Notes under the pieces: model-generated
Databases searched by the model: none
What the model saw: the letters and a program-made list of their open reading frames with translations, nothing else
What the model was told of the DNA's origin: nothing
NCBI GenBank assembly: GCA_963663275.1
Contig: OY760183.1
Location: forward strand, 3,264,001 to 3,328,000
DNA from: Chloroflexota bacterium
GTDB taxonomy: Bacteria; Chloroflexota; UBA11872; VXOZ01
Direction: 5' to 3'
Length of the DNA: 64,000 nucleotides
Part shown: positions 19,262 to 28,601 of the stretch, one piece after another
Position numbering within the stretch: position 1 is the stretch's first letter
Layout of the letters: each line of letters opens with the position of its first letter
Made by a program: the position numbers and the translations under genes

Positions 19262-19729
19262 TCAAGGGATGGTCGGGTCGTGCGGCAACGCAAAGGCGCA
19301 GTCTTCCATCATACAGCGAAGGGCGCCGTCAAAGTCCGCAAACCGATCCGTCGGCACGGCAAACGCGTCCTCGCGCAGCCCTGAGTTCTGATAGCGCTCC
19401 GTTGCCAGATGGATGTGAAAATCGTAGAACGTCTGCCGCTCAAGCGTATTGGTGTGCGCATGGTCCTTTCCATTATATCGCCGCAATCGGAAGACTCGGT
19501 TCTCTGTTGTGGGAAAGTAGGCCAGTATCACCGAAAAGCCAAGCGGGTTAGGGATCGACTCACGTAGGATGATGCTGAAGCGCGAACCATGGGCGCCGGT
19601 GATGTTCAGTTCGCGCTCTCTATGCCCGTGTTTTGGCTTCAGCGAGAACCTCCTGCGCCAGTCTTCAGGGAGAGGCTTTGTCTCTTGGATTAGGGCATTG
19701 ATTTCATGGTCAGTCAGCAGCGTTGCCAT
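19262..19729 (-). CDS. His-motif partner of DUF1828 (DUF6978-like)
   Basis: RLRRYNGKDHAHTN...FHIH motif; 17 bp upstream of the DUF1828-like gene. Confidence 0.6.
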   Translation of the reverse strand: MATLLTDHEINALIQETKPLPEDWRRRFSLKPKHGHRERELNITGAHGSRFSIILRESIPNPLGFSVILAYFPTTENRVFRLRRYNGKDHAHTNTLERQTFYDFHIHLATERYQNSGLREDAFAVPTDRFADFDGALRCMMEDCAFALPHDPTIP

Positions 19730-19750
19730 TAGCTCTGCCTGCCGTTGCCG

Positions 19751-20524
19751 TCAGTGTCGCCCATGCTTGAGCCGCTCGTAGATGATGCGCAGCCCTTCCA
19801 GCGTCAGGTTTGGGTCTACCGCGTCGATCACCGCCGTGTGACGGGCGAAGAGCGGGGCAAAGCCGCCGGTGGCGACCACCTTGCACGTGCCAATCTCCTG
19901 GTGAAAGCGCCGGATCATGCCTTCCACCAGGGAGAGGTAGCCCAACATGATGCCCGATTGCATGGCGTGGACGGTACTCTTGCCCACCACGGTGGCCGGC
20001 GGCTCGAACTCCACGCGGTAGAGCCGGGAGGCGTGCGCCACCAGCGCCTCCGTGGCCAGTCCCAACCCGGGCGCGATCGCGCCGCCGGCGTAGTTGCCCG
20101 CCGCCGAGACCACGTCGAACGTCGTTGCCGTGCCAAAGTCGATCACGATGCACGGGCCGCCGTGCCGCGCAAACGCCGCCGCCGTATTCACCACCCGGTC
20201 GGCCCCCACCTCTTCCGGCCGCTCGATCTCCACCGCCACGCCGGGAACCCGGTGGGGATCGACCAGAATCGGCGTGTGCCCGAGATACTTGGCCGCCACG
20301 TCGTGGACGGCGCGGGCCAAAGGCGGCACCACGCTCGAAATGATCACGTCCTCGCACCGGCCCACGTCCAGCCCGGCGTGCTGCAGGAAGCCGGCGATCT
20401 GCACGCCGTACTCGTCGCCGGTTGCGCCGATGTCCGTGTTGAGCCGCCACGAACCCTTGAGGTCGTCCCCCGCGAAAACCCCTACCGCGATGTTCGTGTT
20501 GCCCACATCGACGACGACAAGCAT
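19751..20524 (-). CDS. coaX: Type III pantothenate kinase
   Basis: DVGNTN, SSVVP, EVGADR, IDFGTATTFD, ATGG, LTLEGL. Confidence 0.95.
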   Translation of the reverse strand: MLVVVDVGNTNIAVGVFAGDDLKGSWRLNTDIGATGDEYGVQIAGFLQHAGLDVGRCEDVIISSVVPPLARAVHDVAAKYLGHTPILVDPHRVPGVAVEIERPEEVGADRVVNTAAAFARHGGPCIVIDFGTATTFDVVSAAGNYAGGAIAPGLGLATEALVAHASRLYRVEFEPPATVVGKSTVHAMQSGIMLGYLSLVEGMIRRFHQEIGTCKVVATGGFAPLFARHTAVIDAVDPNLTLEGLRIIYERLKHGRH

Positions 20525-20544
20525 GAAGCCCCTATCCTCGCACT

Positions 20545-21546
20545 CTACCGCGGCGCGCGCCGTTTGCCGTCCACGCCCGCTTGCTTGTCCCGCGCTTCAT
20601 TCGCGCGCGCGGCGGACTTGGCCTGTGCGCGCTGCCGCCGCACGTGTCCCAGAAACCTCCCCAGCAGGCGCTGGGTGTGGGTGCCGCTGGCGGGATGCAG
20701 GTGGCGTCCCGCGGCTTCCAGGTACGGCTGGCTGATGCGCTGCACGTAGGCCGGCGCGCCTTCCGCGCGGATTGTGGCAAGCGAATCGCGATAGAACGAG
20801 AAGAGGTGGACGTTGCCAAGCTGGATGCCGGCCTGAATCGCGCCGGCCGCCACCAACGACGAGACCGTGAAGAGCGAACGATTCTGCTCGGCCGCGGCCT
20901 TATTCATCTCGCCAAAGACCTGCACCATGTCGCGCGGGTCGGGCAGGCTCTGCGCATTCTGCCGGAACGCGCTCAGGCTGGCCCGCATCTCGTCCAGGGC
21001 CATTGGCGGAATGTCGATCGTATCGGCCATCTGGCCGGACGTGCCGCCCAGCGCCGCCAGCAGGTCGTCCACCGAGGAGACGTCGGCGTCCGCCGCCAGC
21101 ACACCTGAACTCTTGAGTTCCGTAACGAACGTATCCAGATAGGCCCGCGTGCCGCCGGTGACGTCCGCGGCTGCGGCCAGCAGCCAAAGCGGCGACCAGC
21201 CTACCGCGAAGATGCTGGCCATCTCCACGGCGTTGCCGGCCAGCTTGCGCACCGCCAGGTCCTTCGCCTCCATCTCGTCGGCCGGCTCTCCGTCCGCCAC
21301 GCCGCCGACAAACTCGATCACGATGCGCAACATGCGGCCCAGCGTGGATTGATAGAGTTGCGAGCGCCGTATCGGCGGCGGCAGGATCACCTCCGAGGTC
21401 TCGTACACCAGGCCGCCGGCACCCGCCGCGGCCGTGCGCACCAAACGCTCCGGCAGCGTGGCTACGTACTGGCCGGCGTCGAGCGCGCGCTCCTGCAAAC
21501 CCTCTGCAAGCGCCGGCTCTCTCTTGGGATTTGGCGGTGATGCCAT
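20545..21546 (-). CDS. conserved hypothetical protein (start uncertain, 21546 or 21621)
   Basis: Long ORF with host codon usage; 'SPLWLLAAAADV' motif; leads into coaX. Confidence 0.65.
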   Translation of the reverse strand: MASPPNPKREPALAEGLQERALDAGQYVATLPERLVRTAAAGAGGLVYETSEVILPPPIRRSQLYQSTLGRMLRIVIEFVGGVADGEPADEMEAKDLAVRKLAGNAVEMASIFAVGWSPLWLLAAAADVTGGTRAYLDTFVTELKSSGVLAADADVSSVDDLLAALGGTSGQMADTIDIPPMALDEMRASLSAFRQNAQSLPDPRDMVQVFGEMNKAAAEQNRSLFTVSSLVAAGAIQAGIQLGNVHLFSFYRDSLATIRAEGAPAYVQRISQPYLEAAGRHLHPASGTHTQRLLGRFLGHVRRQRAQAKSAARANEARDKQAGVDGKRRAPR

Positions 21547-21649
21547 CGTCTCTCCCCACTGCGCCGCGAACACTGCGCCCCGCGGCCGCGCTTCATCGAT
21601 CTTCACTTCCTCTACTGACATCCTACCACGAGCGCCGCGCCAACCACCC

Positions 21650-21900
21650 CCGTTCGTGCTGTACTCAATCTTCCGATCGTGCTGAGCACGTCGAAGCATG
21701 ATCCGCTCTCCGCTCAGTCTTCCGTTCGTGCTGAGCACGTCGAAGCACAAACCGCTCTCCGCTCAATCTTCCGTTCGCGCTGAGCACGTCGAAGCATAAT
21801 CCGTTCTCTGCTCAACTTTCCGTTCGCGCTGAGCCCGTCGAAGCACGAACCGACGCACGCCGATCTCCCCGTTCGTGCTGAGCCTGTCGAAGCATGAACG
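21650..21900. repeat. Tandem array of palindrome family D (CGTTCGTGCTGAGCnnGTCGAAGCA)
   Basis: About 6 copies with similar linkers; also near 10665, 10755, 14508-14568, 17057-17114, 31517, 34120, 48278. Confidence 0.85.
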
Positions 21901-21973
21901 TCGCACCGCTGCGGCAAGGTATAATCGTACCCAAGCAATCCGCCAACACCGCAGAGAAACGAGGCACACTACC

Positions 21974-22792
21974 ATGAGCGCAAACGCCCCTACCCAAGCC
22001 GCCGCCCAGTCGCTCCGCGAGCAGGCGCTCGACGGCGCGCCCTTGCGCGACGCGCTGGTCATCGACAACCACTGCCACCTGGGCCCCGCGCCGCACTTCT
22101 ACCAGACCGACAACGACGCCGACGGCATGGTGCGCACCATGGACCGCGTCGGCATGGACCAGGCCTGCGTCTTTTCCAGCATGGCGATCCTGTTCGACAT
22201 GCGCGAGGGCAACGACATGAGCCTGGAGGCTGCCCGGCAGTATCCCGGCCGCCTGCTGGCCTACGCCGTGCCGGATCCCCACGAGGCCGACCGGGTGCGG
22301 GACGAATTGCAACGCTGCCTGGACGCCGGCGCGGTGGGCATCAAGATGCATACCAGCGTCGCCAACTATCCGTTCGACGGCCCCGGCTACCTGCCCGCCT
22401 TCGAGTTGGCCGACCGTCACCGCCTGCCGCTCATCAGCCACGGCACCGGCACGCCCGACACCCTGCGCCGCATCGCCCGCGACTATCCCGGCGGCCACTA
22501 CATCGTGGCCCACGCCGGCGGCGGCAGCCCCAGCAACAGCCTGGATTTGGTGAAAATAGCCGCCGAGGAACCGAACGTCTACCTGGATACGGCCGCCTCG
22601 GTCGGCTACCGGGACGACTTCCGCGAAATGGTGCGCCTCGCCGGCGCGGGGAAGATCCTCTACGGCTCCGACATGCCCTGGACCTGCGCCACCTACCAAC
22701 TCGGCCGCGTCCTTCTGGCCCCCATCACCGACACCGAAAAGCGGCGCATCCTCGGCGAAAACCTGGCGGAACTGTTCACAACCAAGCGCTAA
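21974..22792 (+). CDS. Amidohydrolase_2 family TIM-barrel metallohydrolase
   Basis: IDNHCH, GIKMH, ISH, VAHAGG, NVYLDT, ILYGSDMP, RILGEN. Confidence 0.85.
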   Translation: MSANAPTQAAAQSLREQALDGAPLRDALVIDNHCHLGPAPHFYQTDNDADGMVRTMDRVGMDQACVFSSMAILFDMREGNDMSLEAARQYPGRLLAYAVPDPHEADRVRDELQRCLDAGAVGIKMHTSVANYPFDGPGYLPAFELADRHRLPLISHGTGTPDTLRRIARDYPGGHYIVAHAGGGSPSNSLDLVKIAAEEPNVYLDTAASVGYRDDFREMVRLAGAGKILYGSDMPWTCATYQLGRVLLAPITDTEKRRILGENLAELFTTKR

Positions 22793-22798
22793 CCCCAG

Positions 22799-23066
22799 CG
22801 GCAAGAACCCCCTCTCCCGTTGGAGACCTTTGCAAAACCTGGGCCGGCGCGCAATGAAACTCCCTCTCCCGCCGGGAGAGGGCCGGGGTGAGGGGAAAAC
22901 CCCAGTGATTTCGCACAACCGTAGCGCGGGGGCTTGTCCCCCGCCTCTTGGCTCGAGACAGACTTCCGCAAGAACCCCCTCTCCCTGGGGAGAGGGCCGG
23001 GGTGAGGGGGGAAACTCTCGTGACTTCGCACCACCGTAGCGCGGGGGCTTGTCCCCCGCCTCTTGA
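22799..23066. repeat. Duplicated family A + GTAG-REP block with a solo MITE-1 left end (GAGACCTTTGCAAAAC at 22823)
   Basis: About 115-bp tandem duplication; MITE end sits after CGTTG inside a family A hairpin. Confidence 0.75.
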
Positions 23067-23145
23067 CGCGAATGGCATACACCTTCACAATCCAACAACC
23101 ACAACCGCCCGCATCGCGGCGCACGTGACAAGGCAATCATAGACA

Positions 23146-26004
23146 ATGGCATCACAAGTCAAATCAGCCGAAACCATCCGCGAAGAAGAGGTCAACGTCC
23201 ATCTCGCCCTCCTGCTCTCCCAGCGCGGCGTCACGGCCAAGGCCGAGCGCCGCAGCCGGCGGGGCGTGCCCGACGTGCGCGTCACCTTGCGCAGCGGCCT
23301 CATCCTGCTGGAGTGCAAGTGGCAGGGGTCCGAAACCCAACTGGAAGCCCAACTCCAGGAACGCCAAGCCGCCTTCCCCGAGGCGCTCGCCACAATCGGC
23401 GTGCTCTATCCCGACCGGCTGCGGCGCGCCGAGGATACCCAAGCCGCGCTGGAAGAAGCCGACGACCTCCGGTGGTGGCAGGCGAGATTGCCAACGCTGC
23501 TTAACCTGGCCAAGGACTCTCCGGCGGAGCCACGCCGGACAAGCACCGGGTCTGTGGACGATCTCGCAGACTACTTGCGCATCCTGCCGTTAGACCTGCA
23601 GGGCGTAGATTTGGTGGAAGCCGCCGCTGGGAGTGTGGAGTATGCCTTGGAGCAGGCAGCGTATCAGCTTGCCCAACACGAGCGCATCGCCAGTCGCATC
23701 GCCGACATTATTGCGGAAACGGACCAAGAGAAAAACCGCGCCGCCGCGCTGCGCATCGGTTGCCTCGCGCTATTCAATGCCCTGGCCTTTCAAGACCGCC
23801 TAGCCGTCGTTAACGGGGACGTGAAGACGGTTTCAGAGGCTCTGCGCCAAGGTATTCCTAGCCTACAGCAGACTTGGCGGTACATTTTCGATGAAATTGA
23901 CTACAAACCGGTCTTTGGTTTGGCGGCCGACATTCTGGACGTGCTGATGTACGGGCCGGCTGACGTGCGAACGCCCGTCATCGCGCCTTTGGTCAAGGCA
24001 GTGGCAGAGACGCGCAACGTGGAAGGCCACGACCTCTCCGGACGGCTCTTCCACACGCTCTTGTCCGACGCCAAGTTTACCGGCGCGTACTATACCTCCG
24101 TGCCGGCCGCCACGCTGCTGGCGCGGCTCGTCTTCCACCAATGGCCGGCGGGCGTCGATTGGCGCGACCACACCTTTCCCGGTTCCCTCAGCGTGGCCGA
24201 CCTGGCCTGCGGCACCGGCACGCTGCTCATGGCGGTGGCCGCCGAGGCCGAACGCCGCCACACGGCCGCGGGCGGCCGGCGCGCCGCCGCGCTCCACAAG
24301 GCGATGGTGGAGCAAGCCCTGCACGGCTACGACGTGCAGCTTTCTGCTATTCACTTTGCCGCCACCAGCCTCGCGATGTTAAATCCCCATATCGAGTTCG
24401 ACCGCATGAACTTGATTGTAATGCCTCTAGGTGATGATGGCGAGCGCGTGTCGCTGGGTTCGTTGGACTTTCTGGGTACGGACGAAGCAATTGTGCAATA
24501 CGCGCTCCCACGGGAGATTTCCGGGCCTCCCGCAAGGGATGTGGCTCAGATGAACGTCAGTGGGTCTCACGAGGCGGCAAAAGGAAAGAAAGTGAAGCTG
24601 CCGCCGCTTGACTTGGCGATCATGAACCCGCCCTTTACGCGCTCCAGTCTCATGTTTGGCAGCTTGCCGACTGCGGAGCGACGGCAGATACAAGAGGAGA
24701 TGAAACGACGCTTAGAATCCCAGCAGGCATCGGCAACCGCAGGCATGGGCGCGGCCTTCGTTGCGGCTGTCGCGCCAAAGCTGATACCCGGCGAGGGACG
24801 CTTGGCGTTGGTGTTGCCGCTAACCGTTTGCACGGGGCGTTCATGGTCCCAAACCCGCGCCCTGATCGAACAATACTTCAGTCTCGACGTAGTGATAACG
24901 TCCCACGATCCCCAACGCTGGAACTTCTCGGATAGCACGGACCTCTCGGAAGCACTGCTCATCGCCACCCGCCGTCCCAGCGCATCAAACCGTCATTTCC
25001 GCGAAAGCGGGAATCCATCTTCACCCCGCACCACCTTCGTCAACCTCTGGCAAAACCCGGACGGCGTGCTGGACGCCCACCGCGTCGCCCAAGCAGTCAC
25101 CGCCACGACCCCGGCGTACCTGGAAGAAACCGGCACGGCGCTCTTGGAAGTCGACGGCCAACACGTGGGCGAAGTGGTCTCGCTTGTGGAAGCAGACCTG
25201 TCCGGCAAGCAGTGGTTCGGCGTCCAATTCGCCCGCGCCGACATGATCCGCAGCGCCGCGCGACTGTGGGAGAAAGGGGAAGTCTGGATTCCCGGCGAGG
25301 TGTTAACCGCTTCCGTTCCTCTGTGTCAGCTTGGCAGTATCGGCGTACTTGGCCCAGACCGACGTGACATATTGGACGGTTTCGAGCAAACAGATACGAT
25401 CACGGCCTATCCGATGGTAGTGGGCAACGACACGGAGCAAAGAAAGCGCTTGACCGTTGGACCGGACAAATACCTGGCACCGCTTGCCAAACCTCGGCCG
25501 GGCCGACGCCTAAAGCAGCCCGATCAACTTTGGCAAGGGGCAGCCCGGCTACTTGTGGCTGAACGGCTGCGGCTTGACACTGCTCGAGTGGTCGCTATGC
25601 GGTCGGAGCAAAAGGTGCTGTCGAACGTGTGGTGGGAAGTTCAGGTTGAGGATGCGATAACCGAGAAAGCACTTGCCGCTTGGCTTAACTCCTCATTGGG
25701 ACTATTGACCATTTCGGCACAGCGTACCAGCACGGAGGGAGGCTGGGTTGCCCTAAAAAAGGCTGATCTCAAGGGCTTGTTCGTCCTCGACCCGCGCTAC
25801 CTCTCCGCCTCCCAGATTCAGTCCCTCTCCCACCTCTTCGACAGCCTCGCCGCCGCCGAATTCGAGCGTCTCCCCGGCATGACCCACTGCCCCGCCCGCC
25901 AAGCCCTCGACAACGGCATCTCCCAAATCCTCGAACTCCCCGACCTCACCACCCTCCGCCACCTCCTCGCCTCCGAACCCGTAATCTCCAACCGGCGTCT
26001 GTAG
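23146..26004 (+). CDS. Type IIG-like fused restriction endonuclease/N6-adenine methyltransferase
   Basis: N-terminal PD...ECK (PD-(D/E)xK), GAYYT, DLACGTG (motif I), MNPPF (motif IV), C-terminal LNSS TRD-like region. Confidence 0.85.
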   Translation: MASQVKSAETIREEEVNVHLALLLSQRGVTAKAERRSRRGVPDVRVTLRSGLILLECKWQGSETQLEAQLQERQAAFPEALATIGVLYPDRLRRAEDTQAALEEADDLRWWQARLPTLLNLAKDSPAEPRRTSTGSVDDLADYLRILPLDLQGVDLVEAAAGSVEYALEQAAYQLAQHERIASRIADIIAETDQEKNRAAALRIGCLALFNALAFQDRLAVVNGDVKTVSEALRQGIPSLQQTWRYIFDEIDYKPVFGLAADILDVLMYGPADVRTPVIAPLVKAVAETRNVEGHDLSGRLFHTLLSDAKFTGAYYTSVPAATLLARLVFHQWPAGVDWRDHTFPGSLSVADLACGTGTLLMAVAAEAERRHTAAGGRRAAALHKAMVEQALHGYDVQLSAIHFAATSLAMLNPHIEFDRMNLIVMPLGDDGERVSLGSLDFLGTDEAIVQYALPREISGPPARDVAQMNVSGSHEAAKGKKVKLPPLDLAIMNPPFTRSSLMFGSLPTAERRQIQEEMKRRLESQQASATAGMGAAFVAAVAPKLIPGEGRLALVLPLTVCTGRSWSQTRALIEQYFSLDVVITSHDPQRWNFSDSTDLSEALLIATRRPSASNRHFRESGNPSSPRTTFVNLWQNPDGVLDAHRVAQAVTATTPAYLEETGTALLEVDGQHVGEVVSLVEADLSGKQWFGVQFARADMIRSAARLWEKGEVWIPGEVLTASVPLCQLGSIGVLGPDRRDILDGFEQTDTITAYPMVVGNDTEQRKRLTVGPDKYLAPLAKPRPGRRLKQPDQLWQGAARLLVAERLRLDTARVVAMRSEQKVLSNVWWEVQVEDAITEKALAAWLNSSLGLLTISAQRTSTEGGWVALKKADLKGLFVLDPRYLSASQIQSLSHLFDSLAAAEFERLPGMTHCPARQALDNGISQILELPDLTTLRHLLASEPVISNRRL

Positions 26005-26043
26005 GGTACCTTCAAGAAAATCCATCTTTTTAGGGAGCCAGAC

Positions 26044-26072
26044 TTGACGCTCTATCAAATGCCTGTTATAGT
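26044..26072 (+). promoter_or_regulatory. Near-consensus sigma70 promoter of the TIR-like gene
   Basis: TTGACG-17 bp-TATAGT with TGn extended -10. Confidence 0.75.
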
Positions 26073-26106
26073 AGACGTATGGTTGTCTTTAATCAGAGGA
26101 GGCCCA

Positions 26107-27180
26107 ATGTCTCTGCCAATTCGTATCACGCCTGACGACATAAGTGCAGTCTGTGGCTACCTTGTCACCAAGCCCACCGGCGCTAGGCTTGCCGAGGCTA
26201 AAGCCATTGTGGAAAAGAAGCATCTTGAGAGACGCAAACTAACTGCATTAAAGTCATGGGGGTTAGTTGAGGACGACGGGAACAAGATGAAGATCAGCGG
26301 TCAGGGGCGTCAGTACGTGAAGGACTCCGGTGCACATAGTAACGAAGTCTTGCGCATGGTGATTCGCCAAGTAGGGCCATATTTGGCGGTAGTTGAGCGT
26401 GTCGTACATCGTCGTGAGGATAGCATAGACTCAAACGAAGTAGCGGCCCACTGGCATGAGCACTTTAGGGATGAGGCTTCTGACTCGGAGGGCGTTCTCA
26501 ACGAACAGGTATTGTGCTTCTTTCACATTGCGCAGGGAGCTGATCTCGGTAGGCTTACCATCGGGCGGAGGGGCATGCCGACCCGCTTTGAATTCGATGT
26601 TGAAGCAACCCGCCTATTCTTCGACGGCACATCGGCAGTTGCACGGGAACTTGAACTTCCAACAAACGGCCTGGCTGAGTCTGATTACATGTCAGATGAG
26701 GTTGATGTTAATGGGGATGAAGCCGGCTCCGAGCAGACCGTGTCAGCCACGAATGAGCCAGATAACAATCGGGTCTTCATCACACACGGAAAGAACCGCA
26801 AGATTCTGGACCAAGTGAAGGAAGTGGTCACTCTTGGGAAGTTTGAACCCGTTGTAGTCATTGAACACGAAACCTCAGCAAAGCCTGTTCCCCATAAGCT
26901 CATGGATGACATGAGGAGGTGTGAAGCTGCGGTTATTCATGTTTGCGGTGAGAGAGTCGTGATTGATGATGAAGGTGAGGAGGCATGGCAGATCAATGAG
27001 AATGTCCTAATTGAGATAGGTGCGGCCATGGCCTTGTATGGAAGCAAGTTCGTTCTTCTCGTAGAGGAAGGAATAGTCCTGCCTTCCAATCTCCAGGGTC
27101 TCTACGAGTGCCGCTACAAAGGTGATGAACTCAGTTTGAGTGCCGCCATGAAGCTACTACGAGCCCTCAACGAGCTATGA
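26107..27180 (+). CDS. Protein with C-terminal TIR-like (Cap12/Pycsar-type) domain and uncharacterised N-terminal domain
   Basis: RVFITHG...NENVLIEIG...LPSNLQG; acidic linker; lower GC; GAGGAGG RBS. Confidence 0.8.
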   Translation: MSLPIRITPDDISAVCGYLVTKPTGARLAEAKAIVEKKHLERRKLTALKSWGLVEDDGNKMKISGQGRQYVKDSGAHSNEVLRMVIRQVGPYLAVVERVVHRREDSIDSNEVAAHWHEHFRDEASDSEGVLNEQVLCFFHIAQGADLGRLTIGRRGMPTRFEFDVEATRLFFDGTSAVARELELPTNGLAESDYMSDEVDVNGDEAGSEQTVSATNEPDNNRVFITHGKNRKILDQVKEVVTLGKFEPVVVIEHETSAKPVPHKLMDDMRRCEAAVIHVCGERVVIDDEGEEAWQINENVLIEIGAAMALYGSKFVLLVEEGIVLPSNLQGLYECRYKGDELSLSAAMKLLRALNEL

Positions 27181-27243
27181 GGCTTGTACGTCTAGGTCTA
27201 TTTAGGGACGATGTCAGACACGCCAACTAGCAGGAGGATACCT

Positions 27244-27540
27244 ATGGCTGACTACATCTATGATTCTCGTGGACGACCAGTCGGCTACGTCAGAGGGAGA
27301 TATATTCACAAGCTTAGCGGTGAAGCAGTTGGACAACTCAATGGCACTCGCGTCCATAAGCTGTCAGGGCAGTATGTCGGCGAACTCCATATGCACATGG
27401 TCGTCGACAAGCCCTCTGCCAATTATGGAAGTATCGGGCACGCGGGCAGTCCTGGCAATGCCGGACATCGAGGTAATCCTGGAATTCGAGGTGTCGTCAA
27501 TTGCGGTTACCGTGAAGTCTTTGGTGATCTCTTATCCTGA
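27244..27540 (+). CDS. 4-fold beta-flower-like small protein
   Basis: Repeats YDSRGRPVGY, HKLSGEAVGQL, HKLSGQYVGEL; G/P-rich tail; AGGAGGA RBS. Confidence 0.65.
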   Translation: MADYIYDSRGRPVGYVRGRYIHKLSGEAVGQLNGTRVHKLSGQYVGELHMHMVVDKPSANYGSIGHAGSPGNAGHRGNPGIRGVVNCGYREVFGDLLS

Positions 27541-28141
27541 AGTAGACAAAACCGCCGCCCTCGTCACACCGCAAATCCTAGCTGGCATTTTTGCCCGTAC
27601 CGAGGCTTCTACGCACCTTATCTGCGGAAGATTCCGCCAATGGCTGATCCGTTTCGTTTCCAGGCGCTTCCCGGCCAATCGTAGAAATCATCCTCCCAGC
27701 CCTTGCCAAAGTCGTCGTACGACTGGGTGAGATACCGGCGCGACGACTTCACGAAGTTGCGGAATATGCCAAGAAAGACAATATGCCGCAACAGAGCGGA
27801 GCCCTCCGGCGCGACAATTTTCTCGGTGGGTTTCTCTTTCGATTTCATGGCGCATCCCCTCGTCCGGTCTTGCAGCAAACCATTCTTACTTCACACTGTC
27901 CATTATACTGATGCGCCTTACGCCAATAAGGCCGACGCTTACTGCGCAGTCACCCCGATCCCACGCGGAATCTAGAGATCTCGCACTCTAGATTCTTCGT
28001 CGCTGCGCTCCTCAGAATGACAGATTGAGAAACCGCTCTGGGCGCGAGTTTGATGCGCGTGTCCGAGAGTGTCGCACAGCCGTGAGACTGTCTTCACAGA
28101 GGTATACTGAATACGACAAGCATGCAAATGAGGTTAACGGC

Positions 28142-28366
28142 ATGAAGAACATCACTCTGAGCGCCGACGAGGGCTTGCTCGACGCCGCGCGGCGGCGGGC
28201 TGGGGCGGAGGGGACGACGTTGGACGCGCTGTTTCGGCGGTGGTTGGCGGACTACGTGGAGCGCGGGCGGCGGGCTGAGCGGGCTATAGCGACTATCGCG
28301 GAGTTGCGGGAGACGATTGGCACCGGCGGGCGCAAATTTACGCGGGAAGAGATGAACGAGCGGTAG
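28142..28366 (+). CDS. RHH antitoxin (VapB/DUF6364-like), orphan
   Basis: [10 protein letters not shown]...ARRRA and C-terminal [11 protein letters not shown]. Confidence 0.75.
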   Translation: MKNITLSADEGLLDAARRRAGAEGTTLDALFRRWLADYVERGRRAERAIATIAELRETIGTGGRKFTREEMNER

Positions 28367-28410
28367 GGTGTTGGCGGGTACGAGCGGGTTGGGTTGCTGG
28401 CTCCGCCGGT
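28356..28410 (+). pseudogene. Decayed PIN/VapC toxin N-terminus
   Basis: ACG AGC GGT AGG GTG TTG GCG GGT ACG AGC reads [10 protein letters not shown], resembling MSGRVFxDTN after point changes. Confidence 0.4.
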
Positions 28411-28601
28411 CACAAGGGGGTAGGTGTCTAGTAGTCGCCGTGAAGATGGATTCCGGCTCTTGCCGGAATGTCGGACTGCGAACCACCGGTGTCCATAGCA
28501 ACGGCGGTTCACGTTCTTTCAGATTCCCCTATCCTCGAGCGAACGCTCTAAGCGAGGCGCAATGCAAGACACGTCTTGATAAAACCAAGAGGAGCGATTT
28601 C

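Noticed and set aside
21650-21900. CRISPR-like array of family D palindromes
   Set aside because: Linkers are mutually similar and the same unit occurs singly at many intergenic sites
21812-23155. Long antisense/shadow ORFs (also 5898-7367, 10693-12408, 17457-19082, 55492-57159, 60059-61852 and ORFs over 8841-9959)
   Set aside because: They overlap well-supported genes or repeat clusters and are expected from stop-codon scarcity at high GC; no motifs
26107-27180. Complete CBASS, Pycsar or Thoeris system
   Set aside because: No CD-NTase, PycC or ThsA-type partner visible in the window
27618-27878. Small minus-strand ORF between the beta-flower gene and the orphan antitoxin
   Set aside because: No recognisable motif and competing overlapping ORFs; it cannot be supported, though it may be a real island gene
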